From Neocallimastix sp. 'constans' (lineage: Eukaryota): a stretch of 64,000 bases of DNA. The notes under the pieces were generated by a model. That model was given only the letters and a program-made list of their open reading frames with translations. It was not told the DNA's origin and did no database searches. The stretch is from the NCBI GenBank assembly GCA_050613775.1, contig JBODTK010000010.1, positions 744,001 to 808,000 of the forward strand, read 5' to 3'. Both the position numbers and the translations under genes were made by a program. This document shows, in pieces, positions 1-14,094 of this stretch (its first letter is position 1; each line of letters starts with the position of its first letter).

Positions 1-994
1 TTATTGTTGTTATTCATTCCAATGTTCATATTTATATCATCTCTTGGCATATTACCCATTAAATCATTATTCATATTGTTATTCATATTCATATTATTCA
101 TATTATTATTAGTATTACTATTATGTGGTAAAGAATAATCTTGATTATAAGATGATTTCATTTTTGAAATAGAAGGAAGATTAATATTGGTCATACTACC
201 ACCACCCATAGACGTTATCGGCGTTATATATGACTGAGATATCATATTATTCATATTATTATTTGTATTATTATTCATATTATTATTAATATTATTATTC
301 ATATTATTATTATTCATATTATTATTATTCATGTTATTATTATTCATATTATTATTATTCATATTATTATTATTCATATTATTATTATTATTCATATTAT
401 TATTATTATTCATATTATTATTACTCATGTTACTATTATTCATGTTATTATTAATATTACTATTGTTCATATTATTCATATTGTTTATATTACTCATATT
501 ATTATTAATATTACTCATACTGCCCATATTATTATTCATATTATTATTCATATTACCCATATTATTATTCATGTTATTTATATTATTCATATTATTATTC
601 ATATTCATATTTCCCATATTGTTATTCATATTATTATTATTATTGTACATCATATTATTTGAATAAGATTGCTGTGGTTGTTGTGTTATAGAATATTGAG
701 AATTTGATGCACTATGTTGATTTGAGGAATCTGATGAATGAGGTGATAATATATCACGATTATCATTGGGTAACCTCATTGAAGGATTTTGCATGGAATT
801 CATATTAAATTGACTTGAATTAGCTGTTGAGTTTTGTTTTGATGATATATTCATTATTGGACTATCAGTTTCTCTATTTGAATATCTATAAGACTGATTC
901 ATTTGATTATCTTATTTTATTTTATTTTTGTTTTTTAATAAAATATAATAAAAAATGTTAATAAATTAATATTTATTCATAAAATAACTGTTTT

Positions 995-1027
<33 letters not shown>

Positions 1028-1665
1028 CAATAATTCAAATAATAACTATATATATATTTACTTTTTTGAGGTAAATAGGAAGTTGAAGTTGAAGGAGGAT
1101 TTTGCAAATTATCCATTGGTCTAATAGAATTTGGAGATGAAACATTAGAATTTATCATTGGAAATTTCATAGTTCTTTTATCTAAAGATCTCATTTGATT
1201 ATTATTGTTATTGCTATTATTATTGTTATTATATGGACGAGATGAATGTGACATTTCAGAATATGAATCATTTTGTGACATGTATGATTGATTATATCCT
1301 ACATAATCATTTATTAATATAATAAAATAATAGATTAAATATTAGAAATTAGTTATTTAAAAAAAAAAATGTATATATATATATATATAATAAATAAGAT
1401 AAATTAAATCTATAAATATGTTAATATATTTATATATATTGATATTTATATATTGTATATATTACCAGATAGATCAGCAGAAGAATTTCTTCTAGGTTGA
1501 TTTTGATCCATCATAGAATCATTCATTTGCATACTTTTTTGTTCTTTCATAATTATTATAGTTGTTGATAAAATTTTATTTTAAAGCAATTATTATAAAA
1601 AAATAATAATAATAAATAAAACATATACATACAATTAAAAATAAATCAATTACAAAAAGTAAAAT

Positions 1666-1715
<50 letters not shown>

Positions 1716-2036
1716 GTATAATTTTCAATAATACTATAAAATTGTAAATTTTATTTTCAAAAAAAAAAAAAAAAAAAAAAAGGATATATATATATATATA
1801 CCTTTATTATCAATATCTGAATAACTATCTGATATATTATCTTTATCATACATTTTCATTCTTTTATTCATGGGAAGTATCACAGAATTATCCATTTCAG
1901 GATTATTATTATTTATATCCATATTTCCTGATAGTTTTCCCATATTATTATATGTATTTTGCGGTGGATAAGACTGCATTGGTTGTATGCGTGAATTATC
2001 CCCTGGATTAGGATTATTTGGATATGAGTTATTCAT
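1..2036 (-). CDS. Asn/Met/Ser-rich low-complexity (prion-like) protein, at least 4 exons, 3' end runs off the window
   Basis: ATG at 2036. Exons ~2036-1802, ~1544-1466, ~1298-1062 and ~910-1 join in frame through GT-AG introns (MNNSYPNNPNPG...EQKSMQMNDS...GYNQSYMSQND...NNQMNQSYRYS...). The last exon is open to position 1 and made of ATG-AAT-AAT repeats. No recognisable folded domain. Confidence 0.75.
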
Positions 2037-2770
2037 AAATTCAAATTGACTTTCTTTTTTAAATCTTTATTATATTTATGTCAGTAAATATATTTATAAT
2101 ATATTAATATTTGTTTTCTTAATTTTTACTTTATTTTATTTTTTTTTTAATTATTTCATAATACTTTTATTAATATATCTTTTTTATTCTATAATTATTT
2201 AATTATTAATATAATTGTTATTATTTATGTTTTAATCTTAATATATTATTATTAATTTATAATGTATATATTTCAATATAGAATTTATAATATTATATCA
2301 AAGATTCATTTTTTTAATATATTATCATTACAAGTAATTATTAAATATTAATTATAATCATAATGAAATTTAAAACAATATTTACTAATTAAAAAAATTG
2401 GAATTAGTAGAAAGTGGAATCTATTAATAAATTTTTTTAATTCATAAAGAGGTTAATATTTATTTAAAATGAAAAAAATATATATATATATTTAATAATT
2501 ATTGAATTTATATTAAAAAAAGATATAAATTAAAGTGTTTAATAAAAATTTTCTTTTTAAAAAAAGAAATAAATTATAAATTAAAAATAAAAAGTTAATT
2601 TGTTTAAAAACAAGTTTTTATTTTATTATTATTAACCAAAAAGAAAAGAGAAAAATAAAAAAAGTTTAAAAATAATAAATAAATTATAAAATTGATTATT
2701 AATAATTTTAATATTACTTTAAAAAATATATTTTGCAATTTTTTTTATATAAAATACATAATTGTAACAT

Positions 2771-2816
<46 letters not shown>

Positions 2817-3217
2817 TATTTTATTATTTTATTACTATATTATTACATTTTATTAATTAATTTATACAATTTCACATTTTTATTTAATTTTTACAATTTC
2901 TAATTTTAATTTATTTATATATATGTATATAAATTCAATAAGCAAAAATATATATTAATTATATTAATCTGAACGATAATCACTACTTAATAATCTAAAG
3001 ATTCATTTATAATTATAAGTTTAAATTAAAATATTTTATTAGACTTTAAATAGAAAATTAAGTTTTTTTACGTATAAAAAAAATTAACAATAAATTTAAT
3101 GTTTAATAATATTCTATAATATATTGAAATATAAATGCTTTTTTCACCTACTTAGTATATCTTTCATTCTGTATTTAAATAAAACTATTTATATAATTAA
3201 TTGAATATAAAATGGCA

Positions 3218-3338
<121 letters not shown>

Positions 3339-4130
3339 TAAAATAAAATAAAATAAAATAAAATAAAATAAAATAAAATAAAATAAAATAAAATATTATT
3401 TTTATAAAAAATCAAAAAGTCTTTTTTTATTTTTTATTTATAAGTTTAATTTTAAATTATAATAATAAAAGCATTCTTTCATTTTATATAAAGAAATATT
3501 ATATATTAATATTTTATCTAAGTTAAATTTAAATTAATATAGCAATGAAAATATGTTTTCTTCTTAGTCTAAAATAATTCATTTTCTACATGAAGATTTT
3601 TATAAATTAATTCATATAAATTTATATTAAATAATAATTAATTTCATAATTAATTTCATAATTAAGTAATTATTTTTATTTACTTTTAAATTTATGTTGT
3701 ATTATTAGTATGAAATATTTATAATTATTTTTATTTAATTTTCTATATCTTTTTATTTCAATAAAATTAAACAATATAATTAATATCTTAACATTATTTA
3801 ATTCCTTTTTTAAAAAATCTTCTATTTTTTTATTATAAACCAAAATTGTTATAAATTTTTAAATATTATATTTACACTCATAATATTATAATTGCATTTT
3901 ATTTTTTTATATTAAATTTTCAAAAGTTTAAATGTTATGATTGTTTTTTATTATAATATATCATATCTTCTAAAGTTTTAATTATTGATAATTTATTGAA
4001 AATATAATATTAATTAATTATTAAAGTTCTATAAAGAATTACTAGAATTATTATTAATTAATTATTAAACAGAATAACGGGAAATAATGTAATTAATAGA
4101 ATTATTTTCTTTTTTCATAAATTTAATAGT

Positions 4131-4860
4131 TTATGATAATCCAGATGTTGATGACATTAAATTATTTATATATTTTGATAGTATTTGATTTTCAGAATTC
4201 AATTGCGCATTTTCTTTTTTAGCTTTTTCCACTTTATCAATAACATCTATTATTAATTATTGAAAATAAATAATAATAATATTAAAAATTATAATGAAAA
4301 TTATTCATTAAATATATATATAATAAGAATAAAATTAATAATTACAATAAATATTAATCATTAAAAAATATAAAATAATGTCATTTAAAATTATAATGAA
4401 CATTAATTTATAATTATTATTATCACAATTAAATTTATATATATAATAATACCTTTTAAATTATATTGTAAACTCTTAAATCTCCTGTTTGATTTTAAAT
4501 ATTTTTATATATAAATATATTAAATTTGTATTGAAAAAAAATATATATATATATATATACCCTTTAAATTTTAGTTTAAAAAAATATATATATACGTATT
4601 TATATATATATATATATAGTATATAAAACAAAAGTTTATATTAATAATATTTACTCTATTAATTCTTCCTTTTCAGGGTCAGATCCATGTTTTCTATCTC
4701 CAACCAATGAACCACTAAATATTGAAGTCTTATACGAAATTGAATTTTGACGAGCAAATTGACCACTTGTAGGAGTAGGTGTTTGTGGATTTGCTAAAAA
4801 ATCAAAATCTAAGTTTAAACTTATATCATTTTTTGGTGTCGTTGGTTTTGAAGTAGACAT
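4131..4860 (-). CDS. SCOC: Short coiled-coil protein (SCOC/UNC-69/Slo1 family), 3 exons
   Basis: Exons ~4860-4655, ~4484-4453 and ~4246-4131 splice to ...EKEELIERFKSLQYNLKDVIDKVEKAKKENAQLNSENQILSKYINNLMSSTSGLS*. This matches the SCOC signature L.SENQ.L..YI.NLMS. Confidence 0.8.
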
Positions 4861-5415
4861 GATTAAAATTGCTTTCTTTAAAATTAAATTATTTTATTAT
4901 TTTTTTTTTAATTTTTATCTTATTTTTTTTTTAATTTTAATTTTAATTTTATTTCTATTTTTTTTTATTTTATTTTGTTTTTATTTTTGATTTTGATTTT
5001 ATTTTTATTTTTATTTTTATTTTTATTTTTATTTTTATTTTTGTTTTTATTTTTATTTTTATTTTTATTTTTATTTTTATTATTTTAATTTTTTTTCTAT
5101 TCTTATTGTTATATTTATTTTTATTTTATTTATCTTTATTTATTTATCTTTATATATTTATTTATTTATATTTATTTATTTATATATACATATTTATTTA
5201 TTTATTTATATTAATTATTTCTTTATTTTATTCTTTTTTTATTTTATTTTTTTTTTATACTAGGAAGAGAATACACTTTCAGCGCTTTATTAAATAGATA
5301 ATTATATTATTATATATTAATCTTTTTTTTTTTTTTAAAAAAAAAATTCATATTATAATTTAAAGATAAAAAAAAAAGTATATAAAAGATTAAGTAAAAT
5401 TAAAAAAAAAAAAAA

Positions 5416-5487
<72 letters not shown>

Positions 5488-5499
5488 GTATATTTTAAT

Positions 5500-6035
5500 C
5501 GTAGAAAATTTTAATGTAATTAAAGGATAAAAATAGGTTCAAAAGTTAAAGAGATTTCGGTGCGATGTACACTATATGTAGTAACATGATCACCATTTAA
5601 ATCTAAAAATAATAATACGAAGAAAGTAATATCTTTAAAATAGAAAGTGTGGTGTCTACAAAACTCTCCCCTTGAAAATATAGAAAAATTCTCATTAAAA
5701 GAATTACTTGCTATAGATTCTGTGAGAGGAACTAGACTATTAGTATTTAAATTCGAAATATATATAATAGGACTACTGATAGTAGTATTGCTACTAAGCC
5801 ATATCGCGGCTCTCTCCGTACTGAAGGATTTCTTACTAAATCGATCAAGAAATAACTCAAGAGAGCTCTCTTGAGTTATTTCTTGATAGATATTGTTTTA
5901 TTAAGATAATTCTCAAGCCCACAATATTCTGAAAAGTATACCCCTGTGAACTGTTTAAGAGTTGTTCACTTAAATGTCTCCGTTCCGCAGTATTGAATTG
6001 TAGCTAATTTAAAGCTGAAATTCGGCCAAGAATAA
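5500..6035. ncRNA. Candidate structured non-coding RNA or regulatory island, identity unknown
   Basis: Clearly higher GC and complexity than the poly-A/T and (AAT)n flanks, with no credible ORF. Several stems: TAGTA-GCAA-TACTA on the minus strand, AGCC-N7-GGCT, GTGAAC-N12-GTTCAC, and a 44-bp palindrome. Confidence 0.35.
5844..5887. repeat. Perfect 44-bp palindrome with no spacer
   Basis: ATCAAGAAATAACTCAAGAGAG|CTCTCTTGAGTTATTTCTTGAT; the 22-bp arms are exact reverse complements. Confidence 0.95.
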
Positions 6036-6186
6036 ATAAATATATATTTATAATTATCGTTTTATTATATACACAAATATTATATAACTACTCATCTATA
6101 ATTATCTATATTTTTTTTTTTATTAATAATATTTTATTATTTTTTTTATTGTTTAATTTTATTTAATATTAATATTATTATTTTTA

Positions 6187-6257
<71 letters not shown>

Positions 6258-6474
6258 TAATAAAAGAACTTTCACATTTTTGTAGTTTTGATACTTTTTT
6301 TATTTATTTATTTGTTTATTTTAATTTTTATTTTTATAAAAGTTTTAAATATATTTGTATTAATAAATATTTAACAAACTATTATAAATTATTTAAATAA
6401 TAAAATTAAAAGCGTTTTTTTAAGAGCTACAGATCTTATTTATTTATTTTTTTTTTTCAGTAAATTGTTATTTG

Positions 6475-6531
<57 letters not shown>

Positions 6532-6642
6532 TTAAAAATAAAAAATGGATTTTACTTGATGGTCATTAATTTGAAATATATAATATTTAATGATTTGAAA
6601 CAAAAAATATATAAAACTATGCTACATTTTTATTTTAACTAT

Positions 6643-7877
6643 TTAACAACAACCACCAGCTTGTTCTTGTTGAACAGCAGTTCCAGATAAATTAAGCTTC
6701 TTTTCTGTTTTATTTTGTGCAGTGGTGTTACCTATTCTATTAAAAAAAATTAAAAGTTTTTATATTTTAATATCATTCTTTCTTGATTAATGGAAATAAA
6801 ACATAATAATAATAAAATTATATATATATTTACCTATCTTTAATTTGTTTAGTCATTGTTAAGAAAGCTTGTTCAACATTAGTAGCACTTTTAGCACTAG
6901 TTTCTAAGAATGGTATTGATAACTGATCAGCGAATTCCTATTATTAATAATTAAATTAAAATATTGATATCAATTTTTATATTAATTATATAATATTTAA
7001 AACTTCAAAAATAAATTTTTTTATTTAATTATAAATTTAAAATTACCTTAGCAGTATTGTATTGAACAACCTTCTTTCCTTCAAGATCACTCTTGTTACC
7101 AACTAAAAGTTTATTAACACCTTCACAGGCATAATGGTCAATTTCTTGTAACCATTGTTTAACATTGTTGAAGGTTTCTTGGTCAGTAACATCATAAACA
7201 ACAATAATACCATGAGCACCACGATAATAACTAGAGGTAATAGTACGGAAACGTTCTTGACCAGCAGTATCCCACTTTAATAAAAATAATTATTATTATT
7301 TTTTAAATCATTAATAATTATTATATCTAATCATTTATATTAATAATACAAAAAAAAAAAATGAAAAATAAATTTACAATTTGAAGCTTAACAGTCTTTC
7401 CTTCAAGTTCAATAGTACGGATTTTCTACATATTTTATACAATTTATAAATACAAAAAATTATAAAAGAAAAAAAAAAAGTATATTTAATTATTCCAATT
7501 ATTATAATCAATAAAATTAATATTTCTTGAATAAAATTTAATAATAAAATTTTTACTTACGAAATCAACACCAATAGTACTAATGTAGCTTTCAGTATAA
7601 GTATCATCCTACATAATCAAATTCCATTTATTAATTTATAATTATTATTATTATTTAAATATTTTTATTTATATTATTCAATATTATAATACTTACAGCA
7701 AAACGTAAAAGAAGGCATGATTTACCAACACCGGAATCACCAATAAGTAAAAGCTTAAATAAGTAATCGCTATTAATAATAATAATAAAAAAAAAAAAAT
7801 GTAAATAAAAATTTAATATATTTTATAAATTATAACTTTTAATTGTTAAAATTAAAAACTTACTATTCTGGATTCAT
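6643..7877 (-). CDS. YPT1: Rab1/Ypt1 small GTPase, 7 exons
   Basis: Spliced translation [83 protein letters not shown]...GNKSD...ETSAK...AGGCC*. All G-motifs and the C-terminal CC prenylation signal are present; introns are GT-AG. Confidence 0.97.
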
Positions 7878-8394
7878 TTTATATATATCTCTTATTAATT
7901 TGCAAGAAAAAAAATAATAAAAAAAATAAAATAATTAATTATCAATTAATACTAAATATTTTTTTTTTTTTAATTTTCAATTTAAAAATATATTTATTTT
8001 ATTTCTAGTTTTGTTCATATTTTTGTAAAATATATACAAAATTGAATTATATTAATAAAGTTTTTTTCTTTTTTCTTTGTTTGATTATTTGTTTATATCT
8101 ATATAGATATTTATATGAATATAAATGTAAATATATTCGAATATTTTCCATCAGCTTTTCTTTTAACTTTATGATTATCATATCCGACATCAATCTAGAT
8201 TTAACTTTTTTTTTTTCTCTTTTATTTCCGAAAATCATTTTTATTTTATTTATATATATATGTATTATTATTATTATTTTTTATTTATTTATATTTATAA
8301 ATTTTAACTTCATTTATATATTCTTATATTTTCTTGATTACATTGAAGTATCCGAAAATTTCAAAATTTTTTTGATTTTAACTTTTTTTTCAAA

Positions 8395-8430
<36 letters not shown>

Positions 8431-9628
8431 TATATATAGATATATATATTAAATACATATTATAATTATATATAGCCAAATAAGTATGCTCTTTATTTCA
8501 ATTATTTCTCTTCATACATAAACATGTCATTATTTTCATATATATAATTAATTTAATTAAACTTTTTATAATACATATTTAATTTGTTTGGTTATTTATT
8601 ATTATTATTGTTTTTTTAATAATTTAATTTAAATAGATTCATTTTTTTGTTCTTTTTTTTTTCTGTACTTTTATTAGATAAGTATTAAAGAAATGATTAC
8701 ACTCCTTATTTATCAATTATTATATTATTTATTTTGTTTTGAATTTTATGTTAAAACTATTGAATTTTACCTATTATTTTAATCAAATAAAATTGTATAT
8801 ATTAAAAGAATATATATAGTATATCTCTAAAAAATAAATAGAAAAAGAAAAAAAAAAAATAAAATAAAATATAAGTAATAAAAATAGAAAGAAAGAAAGA
8901 AAGAAAGAAAATTTAATATAATATTATTTAAATATAACTTCAAAAATATAAATATAAATATAAAAAGATTATTTACTTCTAAAAAAAATGGAAATAAAAT
9001 AATATCAGAAAAAAAAAAATAAAAATAGAGTAAAAATAAAAAAATTTTATAGATTATAAATTTTGTTTTTTTATTCCTATTAATAAATATTAATTAACTT
9101 TTTTTAATAATAATTAATCATATATATATTTATATTTTTATGTTTACAATAATGTTAAATTATCTCGATATTATTATTAATATAAATGTACATTAATATT
9201 ATATAAATATGAATATAATTAATAATTAATCAATTTTAGAAATTCATTCCAAACATGAATTTTTTTTTATTTTTTTTTTTATTTTTTTTGCTATCCAACC
9301 AAATTAAGTTTAAATTTAATGAAATATTATATAAGTATTATCAATTTATATTATATCTTACTTTGGGCAATATATAAAAATTTTTATCTAATACTAATAA
9401 AGTTAATAAGACTAATTATTAATGATTTAACAACTCTAATAAAGTAATTATTAATATATTGATAATCATCAAAACTGATGTTTGTTTTAAATCATCTATT
9501 ATCTATAATAAATAATCAGCATTTTTAAAATTCGTAATTTCCTTCATTATTCATTGAACTTGAAATAGTATCATAAAAAGTAAATATTTAAAAATAAATT
9601 ACATTACATTAAATAATTTTAAACAATT

Positions 9629-9736
<108 letters not shown>

Positions 9737-10865
9737 ATTAGGTAATTTCTTTAAATGGACAAAACTTTAGAATATCTAATTTATTAAAATAAATATATGA
9801 TATTGTTAATATATTATATATTTTATAATAGAATCAAATAGAATATATTTCATATTCATATATTAAATATTTTTTAAATAAAATTAATAAAATGGATTAT
9901 TATTTTTATTAATTGAATAATTATTAATATTTAAATATATTATTTTTAATTAATATGAAAAATATATCATTCATATTAATTGAATTTTCTAAAAGTATTA
10001 ATCTTATTTTATCACAATATATTAATATTTATATACTATTATATAATGTTATTATATATAGTAGTATATAATAGCAATATTATAGTAGGAGTAGAATTTA
10101 TTGATTTTTTAATTTTCATTTTTAATAATTTTTATTTATTATTGATTTATTTATCATTTATTTATTTATTATTTAATTATTGATTTATTTATCATTTATT
10201 TATTTATTATTTAATAATTTATTTATTTATTTAATATTTAATATTTAATATTTAATATATAAAATTTTATATTTATTATTAATTCAATGAATTTATTAAT
10301 AACAATAATCCATCATATATATAGAATATGCCACAATTTTCAAAATAATATTACAAAAACTATTTGATATACCTCAATTAATTATAAATAAAATAAAAAT
10401 ATAATTACTTTTTTTAACTATAATTAAACCAAGTTTAAAATGTTTTAATAAATAAAAAATTAGTATAATTATTATTATAATTATTTGATTTATTTGCAAT
10501 TTTTTTTAGTAAAGTTTATTTATATTAGTTTTAATTTTAATACAGTTATTTTTATTTTTTATTTTTATTACTTTTTTATTTTTATTATGTTCTGATTTTT
10601 ATTATGTTCATATTTCTTTTTTTATTCTATTTTTATTTTTATTTTTTTTCATAATAAATATTTCATAATAAATATTGCATTATAAATTTGAATTATTGAT
10701 AAAACTTTTTTTTTTTTTTTTTTTTTTTGGTTTTGTTTTTGTTTTTTTGTTTCTTTTTTATTTTGTTTTGAGTTTTTACTTGTAAATATATTAATATATA
10801 AATATTTATATTAATTTGTTGATTGTTTTGTCATCGTTTTTTCATTTATCAATATTCTATCAAAT

Positions 10866-13800
10866 TTATAGAGTAGCTAATTTTGGTTCTGGAGAAGCAA
10901 TTTCTGGTTGTACAGTTTTTCTACTATGAAGAAGATCTAACCATTCTGGCATACCGGTTTGATCGAGCATAGCCTATTTATTATTGTTATCATTTTATTA
11001 TGTTATCAATACTTTTTTATATTCTTTTTTTATTATTTTATAACAAAAAAATAAATAAATAAAATTAAGCTAAACGTACTTGGAAATAGGTTCCATTTTT
11101 ATCAACCTTCTTTCTAAATTCAGTAGCCTTAAGTAATGGAACGTGAACATATTGATTATTAATACTACCAACAATCTTTTTAATAAATTATTATTCAATT
11201 ATTAACAAAATTTTTAGTTAATATTAATTCAAATATAAATATATATATAATATTAAATTATAAAAAAAAAAAAAAAATTATTTTAATGTTATATTTTAAA
11301 TAATTTTACCATATCAGTTTTTCCAGCCATAGCAGCATGACAACACCTAATAGGAAAAAATCATTACAAAAAATTAATTTAAATAATAAAAATTAAAAAT
11401 TACATATACAAACATAATAAATACATCTGAGCTAAAATAGTAGAATATGCAGCATCAAATGGATTAGCTATAATATTAAATATATAATAATAATTAGTAA
11501 TTAATTTATTTTCAATCTTTTAATTAATTTTAACAATTAAATATCATTATTTTTTTTACCTTTACAACATCTAATTTGGTATGATGGATCAATATAAATC
11601 ACCTTACATTCAACACCCTTTTCTTCAAGTCTATTATTATAAATTAATTTTAAATATATAATATTTTTTACAAATTTATAAAAATTATAATTTTATAATA
11701 AGACAAATTAAAATAATAATTTAATTAAATATTATTTTGAATATTAATTCTTAATTAACATTAGTCAATTTATTAATGTTTTTATAAACCTTTTTGGAAT
11801 TTCAGATTTTAAGTAAAGACCAATATCTTGAAGTACGTTATTTCCAGATTTATCTTTCTTACCAGTTGGTGGAAGAATATCCTTTTTTTTTATTTTTTAA
11901 TTTTTTTTTTAATTTTTATTTTTTATTTTATTAATTGAAAATATATTTATATAATTTAATAATAAAAAGTTTTAATTAAAATATTATAAAAAACAATAAT
12001 AAAAGTACTTGTCCAGCTCCTTCAGCACAAACAATTACGCAATGTTCGCTAGTCTTAAATCTAGTAATTAAATATTCTATTAATTCATCCATGGTAAATT
12101 TAGCCTTTTCGATAAATATATTTAATATTAATGACCATATAAATAACAAAATTAATTTATTAATAAATTCAAATTTTAATAGTATTAAATTCTAATAATT
12201 AATTACCTCTGGTAATAAAACAATATTAACATCACCAGATGAAATAGCTATTTAAATTTAAAAATATATATATATATATATTTAAATTTGTAAATATTAT
12301 TGATTATTAATATATCTTTATTTATATATTAAAAAATTACAAGCATTTAAGGCAATAAATCCAGAATCTCTTCCCATTAATTTAACAAGACCAATTCCGT
12401 TGAAAACAGATCTAGCTTCTTGATGAGCAGCTAAAATTGGAGCTTGTGCTTGTTCAATAGCTGTTTCAAAACCAAAAGTTCTATCAACATAAGCTAAATC
12501 ATTATCAACAGTCTATATATATTATAATTTTTATATACAATATAATTATATATATGTTTTTATTAATAAACTTATAAATTATTAAAACATATATATATAT
12601 ATTATTTTACTTTTGGAACACCAATAACAGAAATTTGTCTATTTCTCTTGGAAACTTCTTCGTAAATTTGATGTGCACCCTTTTGAGTACCATCACCACC
12701 TTTTATTTTTTATTTTTTTTAATAATTATAATGATATATTAAATATTTAATTAGTTTTAAATTTAATCTTTTATATTTAACTAATAATTAAATACATTAT
12801 ATGATTCAAATATATTTGGTTTTGATATATATTATATTTTTATTATCATCATTCTTTTTATTAATAATATTTATATATATACCAATAGTAACTAAAATAT
12901 CAACACCAAGTTCAATTATATTATCTACCATAACTTTACTGTCTTGGTGACCTCTAAATTAATATTTTATTATAAATATATTATTATTATATTAATAATA
13001 ATAGAAATAAGTAAATATATAAATTTCATATATTGTAATATAAACCTTGATGAACCAAGATAAGAACCACCTAAATTGTGAATATCTTTAACAACTTCTG
13101 GAGTTAATTCAATATAGTCCTTATTAGCTATACCATAATAACCATATCTTATTTTCGACAATTATTATAATTAAATAAAAAAAAAAATTAACATAAAAAA
13201 GAGTTTTTTCGTTTTAAGGCCAACTTTTATTGATATTTTAAAATAAATATATTTACTAACCTAAAACCATAAATTGTTTTCTTGACACCATATCTGTAAA
13301 TATATTAAAAGATAATCATTTGATATATATTTTTTATTAACAAAAATGTAAGATAATTTATTTTTAATATCACTAAAATAAAAAAATAATAACCTATAGA
13401 AAAGACAATTAACAATCCCTCTAATAACATTGTTAAGACCTGGACATAGTCCACCACAAGTAACAATACCAACTTGTACTGTTTTAGCATCAAAGAAAAT
13501 TCTACTTCTTGGACCTGCCTTTTGGAAACAACTAAAATAAAATTTATTTTATTATATAGGTATTAATAAAAAATATATATATTGTAAGACTATATATTTA
13601 GAGAAAAAATATTCCAATGATTTTATTATTTAATGTCATTATTATTGTTATTATAATTGTTAAAATATTTTACTTTTTGTTAGAAGTATCGAAAGGAATT
13701 GGAGTTGCTGGTCTTTGTTGAGAAATACCTTGGAATGGTCTTTCAGCATCCTTTGGTAATATCTATAAATGACGAAATAGTTGATTTTTGTTTTGTTTTG

Positions 13801-14094
13801 TTTTGTTTTTTTTTATGCATTCATTTTATCATTATTTATTATTTTAATTAATAACAATTGGTATTGTTTTTAAAGTTTTAAATTTGTAAACAATAAATAG
13901 TATAATTAATTTTATATTGAATATATTTATATTATTTTAATAATTCAATATTATTTAATATTATTAACATATGATATTACTTTAACAACAGGATTTAAAA
14001 GAACATATTCATTATCTTCAATAAATTGTACTGCATCTAAAGGAGAATGAATTTTTGGAATACCAATAGTTTTAATACTACATGAATTATCCAT
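10866..14094 (-). CDS. pfk: Single-domain ATP-dependent 6-phosphofructokinase, clade X type (plant/trypanosome/spirochaete-like), ~16 exons
   Basis: Spliced motifs [94 protein letters not shown] and [11 protein letters not shown] at 14094, TAA at 10868-10866. Confidence 0.93.

Noticed and set aside
331..666. Leu/Ile/Phe-rich membrane protein ORF on the + strand
   Set aside because: It is the antisense shadow of the Asn/Met repeat exon on the minus strand.
5647..5874. 75-aa ORF in the GC island
   Set aside because: GTG start, no splice or domain support, and the stop falls inside the palindrome.
5500..6035. Specific identity as U1/U2/U3/U5/U6, SRP, hammerhead ribozyme or TTAGGG-templating telomerase RNA
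   Set aside because: I could not find the diagnostic motifs (ATACTTACC, GTGTAGTA, ACAGAGA, CTGANGA..GAAA, CTAACCCT) on either strand, so it is left unassigned.
10866..10880. Peroxisomal/glycosomal PTS1 on PFK, as in trypanosomes
   Set aside because: The C-terminus is -ATL, lacking the basic residue of the canonical (S/A/C)(K/R/H)L signal.
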